Below, one piece after another: positions 9,262-19,356 of a DNA stretch of 62,503 nucleotides (positions are counted from its first letter, which is position 1; each line of letters starts with the position of its first letter). Under the pieces are notes generated by a model. That model was not told the origin of the DNA, did not search any database, and saw only the letters and a list, made by a program, of their open reading frames with translations. This DNA is from an uncultured archaeon (GTDB lineage Archaea > Thermoplasmatota > Poseidoniia > MGIII > CG-Epi1): NCBI GenBank assembly GCA_964389465.1, contig CAYMDK010000006.1:1-62503 (forward strand), in the 5' to 3' direction. Made by a program: the position numbers and the translations under genes.

Positions 9262-10281
9262 ATGACTCCTTCACTTTATGGCGCAGTCAAAAGCCGGGCC
9301 AACGAGGCCCTCCAGGAGTCGCTGGACTACTGCAAGTGGGCGCTCCAGTCGGTCTCGCGCTCGTTCGCGCTGACCATTCCACTGGTCGAGGACGCACTGC
9401 TGGCGCCGATTATGGTCGGTTACCTCGAGGCGCGCATCCTCGACACCTTCGAGGACGACATCGGCAAGCGCCACGTCTCGCTCGAAGAACGCGTTCGCGC
9501 GATGAATGCCATCATGGAAATCCTCGAGCGGCCCGACTCCAAGATGGCGCAGCGCAAGGCGCAGGAACTCGCGCTCGAAGCCGAGGACTGGGTACAGGAC
9601 GAACACTACCGCGGGCTTGTCAAAAACTTCGACAAGGTACTGACGGTGCATCGCTCACTCGATGAGCGCACCAAGGCAAGCATGGTCCGCTGGATGCACG
9701 AGATGAATGCCGGGATGCAGAAATACCTGCAGCAGCCCGTCTACTCATTCGAGGACTTGAACGAATACTGCTACTTCGTCGCCGGGACGCCTTCCGGGTT
9801 CCTCACGGAACTCATCCGCACCCGCGCCAAGCGCATCACCCCCGAGGCGTCGCAGACGCTGCACGACAACGAGCGCGACTTCGGCCTCTTCCTGCAGAAG
9901 GTGAACATCATCCGCGACTTCCGGGAGGACATCTTGCAGAACGAGAAAATCTTCTGGCCTGGATACCTCTTCGACAAGCACCAGCTTGAGCCGCAGGAAC
10001 TACTGGACCCGGCCCACGAAAAACAGGCAATGGAGATGCTCAATGCAATGGTCGACAACGCCGTGACGCACGTCACTCCCGTACACGATTACCTGCACGC
10101 AGTTCCCGATGAGTATGCCGGCTTCCGGCAGGGCGCCGCCATCAACTTCGCGATGGGTGTCGCGACGCTGGGCGAGGTGCGCGGGAACCGTGACGTCTTC
10201 TATGGCGAGCGCCCGGTCAAGATAACCCACGCAGCGCGCGACCTGATTCTGGATGACCCGCTCGGTTACGTCGCCGCTTGA
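9262..10281 (+). CDS. Squalene/phytoene synthase family, FDFT1-like squalene synthase
   Basis: VSRSFA, RILDTFEDD, YCYFVAG, GLFLQKVNIIRDFRED, VF..PVKI; start re-chosen at ATG 9262 in the 8776..10281 ORF. Confidence 0.9.
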   Translation: MTPSLYGAVKSRANEALQESLDYCKWALQSVSRSFALTIPLVEDALLAPIMVGYLEARILDTFEDDIGKRHVSLEERVRAMNAIMEILERPDSKMAQRKAQELALEAEDWVQDEHYRGLVKNFDKVLTVHRSLDERTKASMVRWMHEMNAGMQKYLQQPVYSFEDLNEYCYFVAGTPSGFLTELIRTRAKRITPEASQTLHDNERDFGLFLQKVNIIRDFREDILQNEKIFWPGYLFDKHQLEPQELLDPAHEKQAMEMLNAMVDNAVTHVTPVHDYLHAVPDEYAGFRQGAAINFAMGVATLGEVRGNRDVFYGERPVKITHAARDLILDDPLGYVAA

Positions 10282-10313
10282 GTCTTTAATTAGCGCTCCG
10301 GCCTGCAAAAATT

Positions 10314-13300
10314 ATGCGACTGGGATTGGTGTCCGGGCTGGGCGCCGGCTTCGCGCTGCTGTTGCTGGCACTGGCGCTATCGGCAGCAGCCTCGCCCACG
10401 ACCGGTACAGTTCAGGTCGCCGTAATCCTGGCCGACTTCAACGACGCCAGCTACGACAGCGCGCGCGACAGTGACTGGTTCGAGGAACTGGCGTTCGGCA
10501 ACAGCAACTCGATGTGGGATTACTACGACGAGAATTCGCGCGGCAATCTGACCCTCGCGGGCGAAGTTTTCGGACCATACACGCTCGACGGCGACGCCGC
10601 CGACTGGGGCAGCGAAAACACCAATTTCGTCAGCGACACCATCGCTGCGGCCGATGACGACGTCGACTTCCGCGACTTCGACGCGGTGATGGCGGTGCAC
10701 CCCGGCCCGGGCGAGGAATCAAGCGGCAACAGTGACGATATCTGGTCAATCCACTGGTCCGGGCTGAGCATCAGCACCAACGACGGAAACCACCGCATCC
10801 GTGAGGTGACGCAGGTGCCCGAGTTCGAATACTCCAGCGGCGAGCGGCGGCCCCTCGGGGTGTGGGTGCACGAGTTCGGCCACGAGCTGGGGCTGCCCGA
10901 TTTCTACGACACCGACTACTCCTCGGAGGGCATCGGCGACTGGGGCGTCATGGCGTCCGGCTCCTGGGCGGACAACGGCGAAACACCGGTGCACTACAGC
11001 GGCTTCTCCAAGGTAGAAGTGGGGTGGCTCGAGCCAATGCTGGTAACGGAGGACTTGCTCGACGTGCGGCTGGCGCCCGCGTCGCGCAACGGCAAAATCC
11101 TGAAGCTGCCGGTCCCGGGCAACTGGACCAACGCGCGCGAATACTTCCTGCTCGAGAACCGACAGCAACTCGACTACGACACCTACCTCCCCGGAGAGGG
11201 GCTGCTCATCTGGCACGTCGACGAGGACGTTTCAAACAACAATGACGAGTCACACAAGCGACTCGACCTCGAAGAAGCGGACGGCTACGATGACCTCGAC
11301 AACAACTGGAACTCGGGCGACAGCGGCGACCCGTACGGCGCGGGCGACGAGTTCACCGACGAGGGGTATCCCAACTCCACTGCGTACAACCTGAGTGATT
11401 CCGGCTGGCGCATCAGCGACATTCGCACCGACGGCGATGACATCCTGCTCGACATTCGCTTCCTCTCACGGCCAACTGCGGTGGCAGACGCCGCCGAAGG
11501 CGTCGTCGATGCGGGCGAGGAACTGCAGTTCTGGGGGCGCGACTCGTGGGACGATGACGGCAGCATCACCAACTTCAGCTGGGATTTCGGTGACGGAAAC
11601 TTTGCATACATCGCTGATCCGTTGCACATCTTTGACGATTATGGAACGTATGACGTCAGCCTCACCGTACGGGACGACGACTGGCTCACCAGCACGGTGA
11701 CGGTCACCATCCAGGTCAATGCGCTGCCGGTGCCGGTCATCGTCGCCGAGCCTCTGGTGGTCTGGCTCGGCGAGTCCATCGCCTTCAACGGCTCAGACTC
11801 GTGGGACCCCGATGGCAGCGTCGCCTTCTGGTTCTGGAACTTCGACGACGGCGTGACCTCATCCGAGGTCGCGCTCGACCATCTTTTCGACAGCCCCGGC
11901 TTCTACAACGTTTCGCTCAAGGTGGCCGATGACCTGAACTCGATTGCCACTGGCTACCTCGTCGTCGAGGTGCGCAACCGGCTGCCGCACGCCAGCTTCG
12001 CCATCGCGCCCGCGGCGGGCAACACCACGGTCGAGTTCGGCTTCACCGATTCATCGAGCGACCCCGACGGTACCGTCGTCGCCCGGGAGTGGGACTTCGG
12101 CGACGGCAATTCCAGCAGCGGGACGGCCGTGGCGCACCGCTTCGCGTTGCCGGGCAGTTACGCGGTAACGCTCACCGTCACCGACAACCACGGCGGCAGC
12201 AACGCAACCACGCAGCTGCTCGAGGTGGCGAACGCGCTACCGTTGCTCGACTTTGCGATACTGCAAGGCGTCTGGGACGGCTCGCGCTGGGTCGTCCCGG
12301 CCGACAGCGCACTGGTGCTCAACGGCAGCGGCAGCCACGACCCTGAGGGGCTGCCGCTCGAGTTCACGTGGAATATCGACGGCGAATCCTATTCGGGCGC
12401 GACACCGGCAATTACGCTTGGGGGCGGCAGCCATGCGGTGTCGCTCACGGTCACCGACGCGCACGGCGCGACCGCCAGCAGCGACTGGAGCGTGCTGGCG
12501 GTGGTGCAGCCACTGCTCGGAGTTTCGCCCGCCATAGTCGATGCATTGACCGGCGAAGTGACTACCTTCAGCGCGACCGCGCTACAGGGCGCGGTCACGA
12601 CCTGGGAGTGGGACGGAAACCTGACTGTCGCGGGAGGTGACGAGTTCGCCTTCGGCTTCGTCCCGGAAGCGCCCGGCAGCTACGAACTGCGGGTACGCGG
12701 GCTGACGGCGGAGGGGCTGCCATCGCCGTGGGTGGTCGCTGCGCTCGAGGCGTATGAGCCCCCGGTTGCCAATTTCACCATCGAGGGTTCACTGGTGCAA
12801 CTGGGCTGGCTCACCTTCAACGGCACCCACTCGCAGGGCCTCGGGCTGGAATACCACTGGGAGCTGGACGGCGTGCCGCTGCCCAATGCAACTGCGGTCG
12901 CAATGAGCCTCTTTGAAGCGGGCGGCAGTTACACCATCGCACTCACCGTAACGCAGCAGCCGGTCGGAACCGCACAGCTCTCGCGCGCGTTCTACCTGAA
13001 CCACCAGCCGGTCGCCATCCTTGAAAACCTCGAGCCGGCGCGGCCGCGCATCGGGCAGGAGTTCAGCTTCCGCATCGCGGCGGCTGACGTTGACGGGGCG
13101 GCAGTAGTCGAAAGCGTCGTGTGGCCTGACGGGCTTGCGCCACTCTCCGAAGACATCACGGGCGGGCGTTACAACGCCAACGCGCTCTTCAGCCGGACCG
13201 AGCATTTCGCTCTCAACGTAACGTTGAGCGACGAGGATGGCGCCAGCGGAGTGCAGCAGGTGTGGTTCACCGTCTTCGAATGGCCTGACGGGGTCGCCTC

Positions 13301-13772
13301 TGCCCTGGCGTGGAACGGCTCGCGCGAGCCGGGAAAGCAGGGGAAATTCGAGGCGACAGTCGCCAACGCGGGGGGTGACCTGCTCACAGGCACCGCGACG
13401 CTCGAGCTGGACGGGCGGCCGCTACAGGTGTGGGAGCTGCAGCTCGCCCCGGACGAGGAAGCGCAGTTTTCAACTCCATGGAAGGCAACGCCCGGCAACC
13501 ACCGCGCCACGCTGCTGGTAATGCTGAACGAGGAGGAACTCGCACAGGGCAACAACCAGCTCAACCTGACGATCGGGATTGACGCGGAGACGAGCCCGCT
13601 GCCGCTGCTCGCCATCGGGATTGTCGGGTTGGGGGTAATCGCCATCGCCGCGACTTTCCTGCTCTATCGTCGGCGACCCCCGGCCGAGCCGCCCGCCCCA
13701 CCCGAGGCGCCGGCGCCTGAACCGGTCGAGGCCATCGTGGTCGATGACTCGACGTGGCGGCGGCAAGACTAA
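10314..13772 (+). CDS. M6-family (immune inhibitor A-like) metalloprotease with PKD repeats, CARDB-like domain and C-terminal TM
   Basis: HEFGHELGLPD zinc motif, EYFLLENR, GLLIWHVDE, several WDFGDG PKD motifs, TM plus RRR plus Pro-rich tail. Confidence 0.92.
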   Translation: MRLGLVSGLGAGFALLLLALALSAAASPTTGTVQVAVILADFNDASYDSARDSDWFEELAFGNSNSMWDYYDENSRGNLTLAGEVFGPYTLDGDAADWGSENTNFVSDTIAAADDDVDFRDFDAVMAVHPGPGEESSGNSDDIWSIHWSGLSISTNDGNHRIREVTQVPEFEYSSGERRPLGVWVHEFGHELGLPDFYDTDYSSEGIGDWGVMASGSWADNGETPVHYSGFSKVEVGWLEPMLVTEDLLDVRLAPASRNGKILKLPVPGNWTNAREYFLLENRQQLDYDTYLPGEGLLIWHVDEDVSNNNDESHKRLDLEEADGYDDLDNNWNSGDSGDPYGAGDEFTDEGYPNSTAYNLSDSGWRISDIRTDGDDILLDIRFLSRPTAVADAAEGVVDAGEELQFWGRDSWDDDGSITNFSWDFGDGNFAYIADPLHIFDDYGTYDVSLTVRDDDWLTSTVTVTIQVNALPVPVIVAEPLVVWLGESIAFNGSDSWDPDGSVAFWFWNFDDGVTSSEVALDHLFDSPGFYNVSLKVADDLNSIATGYLVVEVRNRLPHASFAIAPAAGNTTVEFGFTDSSSDPDGTVVAREWDFGDGNSSSGTAVAHRFALPGSYAVTLTVTDNHGGSNATTQLLEVANALPLLDFAILQGVWDGSRWVVPADSALVLNGSGSHDPEGLPLEFTWNIDGESYSGATPAITLGGGSHAVSLTVTDAHGATASSDWSVLAVVQPLLGVSPAIVDALTGEVTTFSATALQGAVTTWEWDGNLTVAGGDEFAFGFVPEAPGSYELRVRGLTAEGLPSPWVVAALEAYEPPVANFTIEGSLVQLGWLTFNGTHSQGLGLEYHWELDGVPLPNATAVAMSLFEAGGSYTIALTVTQQPVGTAQLSRAFYLNHQPVAILENLEPARPRIGQEFSFRIAAADVDGAAVVESVVWPDGLAPLSEDITGGRYNANALFSRTEHFALNVTLSDEDGASGVQQVWFTVFEWPDGVASALAWNGSREPGKQGKFEATVANAGGDLLTGTATLELDGRPLQVWELQLAPDEEAQFSTPWKATPGNHRATLLVMLNEEELAQGNNQLNLTIGIDAETSPLPLLAIGIVGLGVIAIAATFLLYRRRPPAEPPAPPEAPAPEPVEAIVVDDSTWRRQD

Positions 13773-13816
13773 TAACGCGAGGCCTCTCGCACCGCGTGAG
13801 CCTTGACCAGCCCTCA

Positions 13817-14152
13817 ATGCGTCGCATCCCGGACGAACAGTTCTTCGACCTGCGCGACTGGGCATCCGAAAAGGCGGAGGACTACGGTGACAAGCCCGCG
13901 ATGGTCGTCCATTCGATGGTGCTTGACAAACGCGAAAAAGTGGGCACTATCACCGGTGCCATTCACGACGGAAACGTTGTGCTGGTCGACTTTTCGCCGA
14001 TGACGGCTGACCGGCAGGTGCTCCACAAGGCGCTTGCCGAACTCGAGCGGGCGGTCGCCGACGTCGATGGCGACCTCGTCGGCGTCTCGCGCCAGTGGCT
14101 GGTGATCGCGCCGCGCGGCGTGAGGGTTGCGCGCAACCGCCTCGGCGAGTAG
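13817..14152 (+). CDS. sepF: Cell division protein SepF (archaeal type)
   Basis: GNVVLVDF..ELERAV.DVDGDLVGV...WLVIAPRGVRVAR; start re-chosen at ATG 13817. Confidence 0.85.
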   Translation: MRRIPDEQFFDLRDWASEKAEDYGDKPAMVVHSMVLDKREKVGTITGAIHDGNVVLVDFSPMTADRQVLHKALAELERAVADVDGDLVGVSRQWLVIAPRGVRVARNRLGE

Positions 14153-15229
14153 ATGGCGCGCATTACGGTCCTCGGCGCTGGCCTGATCGGCGCACTGGTG
14201 GCGACTGAACTTTCCGACGACCACTATATAAAAGTCATCGACCCCGACCCGGAAGCGATGGCGCGGCTGGCGCAACGCGCGCCGGCGGCGGAGCTGCACG
14301 ACGTGAAATTCGATTCGGTAGCGCAACTGGCGGGCTGTGACCTGGCGCTGAACTGCCTGCCTGGCAGCGTGGGGCATGCGGCGCTCAAGCGCATCATCAC
14401 GGCCGGCGTCGATTGCGTCGATATCTCCTTTACGGACGAGGACCCGCGCACGCTGGACAGCGCGGCGCGCGAGGCGGGCGTCACCGTCGTTCCTGACGCG
14501 GGAATTGCCCCCGGCTTCAGCAACCTGCTCGCCGCTGAACTGGCGGCGCAAGCGCCGACGCGGCTCGAGATTTTCGTCGGCGGGCTGCCGCTGCGACGCG
14601 ACCGGCCGTGGGAATATGCGGCACCCTTCTCGCCCGTCGACGTCGTTGCGGAATACGAGCGGCCGGCGCGGCTAAAACGCGCCGGCCGCGCGGTCGCGGG
14701 GCCCGCCTTGACGGGGCGCCACCCGTTCCGGCTACCGCCGGGGCTGGTGCCTGCGCTGCCTGACGGCGTCGAACTGGAAGCGTTTCTGACCGACGGCCTG
14801 CGGTCATTGCTCGAACTACCGGTGCCGGAAATGGCCGAATTCACGCTGCGCTATCCCGGCCACGCTGCGTGCTTCGCTGCGTTGCGCGACTCCGGCGCGC
14901 TGGAAGGCGAGGCCCGCGAAGCGACACTGGCGGCGCTGTTCGAGGCGTGGCGGCAGCAGCCGGGCGAGCCGGAGTTTACCCACCTGCAGGTGCTCGGAAC
15001 CTTCGCCGACGGCTCGCGCCGCGGCTGGCTGGTGCACGACAATGGCGCCGACGGCTGGAGCAGCATGGCGCGCACCACCGGGCTGACGGCATGCGCGTTT
15101 GCGCGGGAGCTGCTCGCGGGCGGTATCGCGGGGCCGGGAGTCGTGATGCCGGAGGCGTGCGCCGGGGCGTTGCCAACGGTGCGCGAATTCCTTCAGTCGC
15201 GCGGCGTTACCGCCGAGCGCGTCGCGTAG
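14153..15229 (+). CDS. Saccharopine dehydrogenase / lysine 6-dehydrogenase family
   Basis: VLGAGLIG, VDIS, DAGIAPG, VGGLP, TDGLRSL, TLRYPGH, SMARTTG. Confidence 0.9.
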   Translation: MARITVLGAGLIGALVATELSDDHYIKVIDPDPEAMARLAQRAPAAELHDVKFDSVAQLAGCDLALNCLPGSVGHAALKRIITAGVDCVDISFTDEDPRTLDSAAREAGVTVVPDAGIAPGFSNLLAAELAAQAPTRLEIFVGGLPLRRDRPWEYAAPFSPVDVVAEYERPARLKRAGRAVAGPALTGRHPFRLPPGLVPALPDGVELEAFLTDGLRSLLELPVPEMAEFTLRYPGHAACFAALRDSGALEGEAREATLAALFEAWRQQPGEPEFTHLQVLGTFADGSRRGWLVHDNGADGWSSMARTTGLTACAFARELLAGGIAGPGVVMPEACAGALPTVREFLQSRGVTAERVA

Positions 15230-16410
15230 GCGGCGACCAGCGCGCCGGCCAGCGCCAGCAGTGTCCCGAGCCCGAAAACCGATGTGAACGGCAGGCTGCG
15301 GTGCAATTCTCCCGCGAGCAGCGCGCCGCTGCCGGCACCGAGGAACATGCAGGAATTCAGGACACCGACGCCCCGGCCGCGCAGCCGGTAGGGTACGCGG
15401 TCCGCCACGAGCGCTGTCGCGGAGACGTCAAACGCCATCCAGATGGGCGGCAGGAAGGCAGCTATGACCAGCAGCGGATGCGGGTTGAGCGCGTAGGTCG
15501 CCATGCAGGCGACGAAGGCGAGGCTGACCAGCCGCAGCAGCTTCTCGCGCGGGTGGCGGTCAGCCAGCCGGCCGAACCAGCGCGCCGACAGCCCGTGCAC
15601 CAGCCCCGAGGCGAGCATCACCAGCCCCATGCGCGAGGTGCTGCCGGTCAGCGTGGTGAAGAAGGCGGGCGCGAAGGCAAGGAAAAAGTAGTAGCCGATA
15701 AAGAGCAGGACGCTCGCAACCCAGAGCGGCGCGAGGCGCCACAGCATTCCGCTCGCCGGTAGCGGCACCCCGCCGCCGGGGTCGCGCCCCGGCAGCGGCA
15801 GCGGCGCGTCAGGCGCGGGCGCCCGCTCGCGCAGCCGCAGCAGCGCCGCTGCGGCGAAAATGCCGAGTGCGCAGTTGACGATGAACGCGGCGTACACCGC
15901 CGGGCTGCCGCTGCCGTATTCCGCCGCGGGCACCAGCAGGCCGCCGAGCAGCCCGCCCGCTCCCCAGCCGAAGCCGGCGGTCATCTGTAGCCGCCCCAGT
16001 TGCGCGCCGCGTGCGCCCGCATCCAGCTCGACGAAGAGCGTGTGGAGGTGGACCACGCCACCGCGGAAGAAAGACTGCGTCACGCGCAGGCCAATCAGCC
16101 CCCACGTGCCCGCCAGCGGCATCGGCAGCGCCAGCAGCGACGAGAGCACTATCGCCAGCAGCACTACCCGCTTGCGATTGCGCCAGCGGTCGGCCATCGC
16201 GCCCCAGAAGGCGGAGCTGCCGACCATCATGAACATTGGGACCCCGACGACAAGTCCCACAGCGCGCGCGCCACCCAGCGCCTGCGCCTGCAAAAGCACC
16301 AGCGTGAACGAAAGGCCAATCGTGGCGTGGAAGGCGAGCGAGCCGGTGAGCGGCAATACTAACGATTGCGTTGGGCCTTTCGCGCTCCCCGAGTCCGTGC
16401 TGCCAGCCAT
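15193..16410 (-). CDS. MFS transporter
   Basis: About 12 hydrophobic segments; motif A WGAMADRWRNRK and FGRLADRHPR; start re-chosen at ATG 16410. Confidence 0.88.
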   Translation of the reverse strand: MAGSTDSGSAKGPTQSLVLPLTGSLAFHATIGLSFTLVLLQAQALGGARAVGLVVGVPMFMMVGSSAFWGAMADRWRNRKRVVLLAIVLSSLLALPMPLAGTWGLIGLRVTQSFFRGGVVHLHTLFVELDAGARGAQLGRLQMTAGFGWGAGGLLGGLLVPAAEYGSGSPAVYAAFIVNCALGIFAAAALLRLRERAPAPDAPLPLPGRDPGGGVPLPASGMLWRLAPLWVASVLLFIGYYFFLAFAPAFFTTLTGSTSRMGLVMLASGLVHGLSARWFGRLADRHPREKLLRLVSLAFVACMATYALNPHPLLVIAAFLPPIWMAFDVSATALVADRVPYRLRGRGVGVLNSCMFLGAGSGALLAGELHRSLPFTSVFGLGTLLALAGALVAAYATRSAVTPRD

Positions 16411-16457
16411 CGCGCGGGCAGCGCGCCCGCTATTAATGGTGCGGTGATTGCGCGGCC

Positions 16458-17489
16458 GTGATAATCCGCGCCGTGACCGGATTCGCCCCGCCCGGCGAGG
16501 GGGCGCTGCGTACGCTCGAGGTCGCCGCACACCTGCGCGAATGCGGCCACGAAGTGCAGACGGTGCGGCTCGCGACGCCGCCGTGGGAAAGCTGGTGCGT
16601 CGCCGACGCGTTGCCGGCCCGCGCGCGCGAGCTGGAGGCGGCGGCACTGGCGGCGGGCATCCAGTTCCTTTCCCTGGGGCCGTGCTCCGCCGAGGGCGTG
16701 CCGGCCGCGGTCGAGGCGCTGCTCGCGACGCAGGCGACCTTCTGCGCGGCGCGGCTCGAGAACGGCGGGAGCGCGGCCGCCGCCGAGGCGATGCTGGCGC
16801 TGGCGGCGGCGGACCCGCAATACAACCTGCGCTTCGCGGCGCTGGCGCGTGTCGGGCCCGGGACGCCCTTCTTCCCAGCCGCCTACGCCCAGCGCGAAGG
16901 CTTCGCGCTGGCAATGGAGCTGGCGCCGCAACTGTTGCTTGCAGGTGGCGATGTTGCCGCCCTTTCACCGGGGCTGGAAGCGCTGGAGCGCGACGCGCGC
17001 GCAGCGCAGATGCCGTTTCTCGGCATCGATCCCAGCCTTGCTCCGGGGCTTTACGGCGAGGGGTCGGTGGCGCGGCTGATGGAGCTGCGGGGCGCGCCGG
17101 TCGGGTCGACCGGCGCGCCTGCGATCGTCGGCGAACTGACTGCGGCGCTGCGCGTGCTGCCGGTCGAGCAGGTCGGCTACCGCGGCGTCATGTTCGCCGT
17201 GATGGAAGACCCGGGACTGGTCGAGGCGGTGCGACAGCGCGAGTTCAGCGTCGCAGACCTGCTCGAATACGCCGGCCGCTGCGGGACCGGGCTCGACACG
17301 GTGCCGCTGCCCGGAAATATCGGCTCCGACCGGCTGGCCGCATTGCTCGACCGCGTCGCCGCGCTGGCCAACGCGCACGCCAAGCCGCTCTCGGCGCGGC
17401 TCTTCCCGGCGCCCGGAGTGGCCACGGGCGAGACCGTCACGACCGGGTCACCCTACCTTTTCGACTGCCCCGCCATGGAGCTGCCATGA
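16458..17489 (+). CDS. DUF711 (UPF0210-like) family protein
   Basis: IRAVT, PFFPAAY, GIDPSLAP, GYRGVMFAVMED, CGTGLDTVPLPG, KPLSARLFP. Confidence 0.8.
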   Translation: MIIRAVTGFAPPGEGALRTLEVAAHLRECGHEVQTVRLATPPWESWCVADALPARARELEAAALAAGIQFLSLGPCSAEGVPAAVEALLATQATFCAARLENGGSAAAAEAMLALAAADPQYNLRFAALARVGPGTPFFPAAYAQREGFALAMELAPQLLLAGGDVAALSPGLEALERDARAAQMPFLGIDPSLAPGLYGEGSVARLMELRGAPVGSTGAPAIVGELTAALRVLPVEQVGYRGVMFAVMEDPGLVEAVRQREFSVADLLEYAGRCGTGLDTVPLPGNIGSDRLAALLDRVAALANAHAKPLSARLFPAPGVATGETVTTGSPYLFDCPAMELP

Positions 17490-18256
17490 ACCTGGTCAAG
17501 TGGGGCGGCTCGCTCATCACCGACAAGACGGCCGCGAAGCCGGCGCCGCAGCGCGAGCGCATCACCGCGCTGGCTGCGGCGCTCGCCGCCAGTGGCGAGC
17601 CGGCGGTGCTGGTGCATGGCGCCGGCTCGTTCGGCCACCCGCTAGCGAAGCGGTTCGGGCTGGCGCAGGGGAGCGATGGCTCGCCCGGGCAGGCGGCGGC
17701 GGTTGAGCGGACGCGGCAGCAGGTGCGGACGCTAAACGCGCTGGTCTGCGAAGCGCTCGCCGCCAGTGGCCTTGAACCGCACCCAGTCCTGCCGTCGCAA
17801 GCGCTGCGCACCGTCGGCCCGCAAACCATCGTCGATTTTCCCGCCGGCAGCTTCGCGGCACCGCTGGAGGCGGGGCGCCTGCCGGTCACCTGCGGCGACG
17901 TCACCGACGACGATTCACAAGGCGTGGCCATTTTGAGCGGCGACACGCTGATGCTGGCGCTGGCGCGCGCGCTGCAACCGCAGCGCGCGCTGTTCGTCAT
18001 CAACCACTCCGGCGTGATGGACCGCGACCCGGCCGAGCCGGGAGCGCAACTCATCGCGCGACTCGACGGGGACGCCCGCACGGCAATGCGCGCGCAGCGG
18101 CTCGATGTGCCGGGCGCCGACGTCACCGGCGGGATGTGGGGCAAGCTCGAGGCGGCGGCCGCCATCGCCCGCGAATGCGAGTGCCGCATCATCGGCGCGG
18201 GCGGCTTCGCAGCGGCACTCGCGGGCGACCCGGCGGGAACGCTGGTGCTGCCGTGA
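17486..18256 (+). CDS. ipk: Isopentenyl phosphate kinase
   Basis: KWGGSLITDK, VHGAGSFGH, ILSGD, DVTGGM.GK; ATGA overlap with upstream gene. Confidence 0.92.
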   Translation: MNLVKWGGSLITDKTAAKPAPQRERITALAAALAASGEPAVLVHGAGSFGHPLAKRFGLAQGSDGSPGQAAAVERTRQQVRTLNALVCEALAASGLEPHPVLPSQALRTVGPQTIVDFPAGSFAAPLEAGRLPVTCGDVTDDDSQGVAILSGDTLMLALARALQPQRALFVINHSGVMDRDPAEPGAQLIARLDGDARTAMRAQRLDVPGADVTGGMWGKLEAAAAIARECECRIIGAGGFAAALAGDPAGTLVLP

Positions 18257-18945
18257 AGGAGCCCGGCCGCGGCGAAGTGGCACAACTCTGGCTGGCGCTG
18301 CTGCCGAAGCCGCTCGAACTCAACGCGGCAGCGGCGGCGACCGGGCTCGAGCCAGCGCTGGTTGCCAAACTGGCGACGCATCCCGAGGCGACCGACTTCA
18401 TCGCGCAGGCCACCGCCGGCGAGGAGCTGGAATTGCGCGCGCGGCTGGGATGGCTGCTCGAGCGGCTGCGGGGCCAGCTGCGGCTGCGGAAGCACGAGTG
18501 GAACCTGCTCGAGCAGCGACTGCGCCACCAGCTCGGCCCGCACGTCGCGCGCCACTGGACCGAGGAGGGCACGATAGTGCGCGACCTTGACCGGCGGCCG
18601 GCGGGCGAGTGGGTGCTGAACGAACTTAGCTTCACCGGCGGCTTCGCGCTCTGGTTCCGCGAACACGAGCAGGAGAACGGCGCCGACCTGTCGGCGCTCG
18701 CGTCGCAGGCCGAAGGCGCGCCGGTCGCGGCGCGGGGCGAGCTCGAGTTCGACCGCAGCCGGCTCGAACTGCTCGAGGGGCTGCCGCAGCGGCTGCTGCG
18801 CGCGCTCAGCAACATGTCGCCGGCCGGGAAGCTCGCCCATCGCAGCCTGGAGCTGGCGGTGATGAAAGGCCTTGCACAGGGCGACCGGACGCGCGAGCAG
18901 CGCATGCGCGGAGCCGCAAGGCCGTGGTGGAAAATCTGGGGCTGA
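18253..18945 (+). CDS. Hypothetical protein
   Basis: GTGA overlap with the ipk stop; codon pattern like neighbours; ends RPWWKIWG. Confidence 0.7.
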   Translation: MKEPGRGEVAQLWLALLPKPLELNAAAAATGLEPALVAKLATHPEATDFIAQATAGEELELRARLGWLLERLRGQLRLRKHEWNLLEQRLRHQLGPHVARHWTEEGTIVRDLDRRPAGEWVLNELSFTGGFALWFREHEQENGADLSALASQAEGAPVAARGELEFDRSRLELLEGLPQRLLRALSNMSPAGKLAHRSLELAVMKGLAQGDRTREQRMRGAARPWWKIWG

Positions 18946-19356
18946 TTACACCTTCGCCAGCAATTCCGCGACCATCTCCGGCAGCCACGGCACCGTGCGG
19001 TAGTCGTGCAGCGACTCGGGCACGACCCACGCGAACTCGTCGTTCTCCCAGTCAAGCCGCACCCGGTCGGTCGCGCAGCGGTAGAGGAACGCGTGCACTT
19101 CGAAGGTCTTATCGGGCTTCTCGACGCGGCGCGGCGCGGCGCGCGCCAGCAGCTCGAGGCTGGCGCGCGGGATGCCGGTCTCTTCTTCGACTTCACGCTG
19201 CGACGTCTCGAGCGGCTCTTCGCCTGGCTCGACGAAGCCGGAGACGCCCGACCAGTGGTGCTGGAAGCTGCCGACCGCCGCCGACCGCTTCAGGATGAGG
19301 ATGCGGTCGCCGTGCAGCAGGATGCTGGTCGCGACGCGCCTAATCGGACGGCTCAT
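18946..19356 (-). CDS. NUDIX hydrolase
   Basis: Nudix box GFVEPGEEPLETSQREVEEETG. Confidence 0.9.
   Translation of the reverse strand: MSRPIRRVATSILLHGDRILILKRSAAVGSFQHHWSGVSGFVEPGEEPLETSQREVEEETGIPRASLELLARAAPRRVEKPDKTFEVHAFLYRCATDRVRLDWENDEFAWVVPESLHDYRTVPWLPEMVAELLAKV

Noticed and set aside
16448-18256. 602-aa ORF as a frameshifted DUF711-IPK fusion
   Set aside because: DUF711 is complete in another frame and ipk has its own ATG overlapping that stop.
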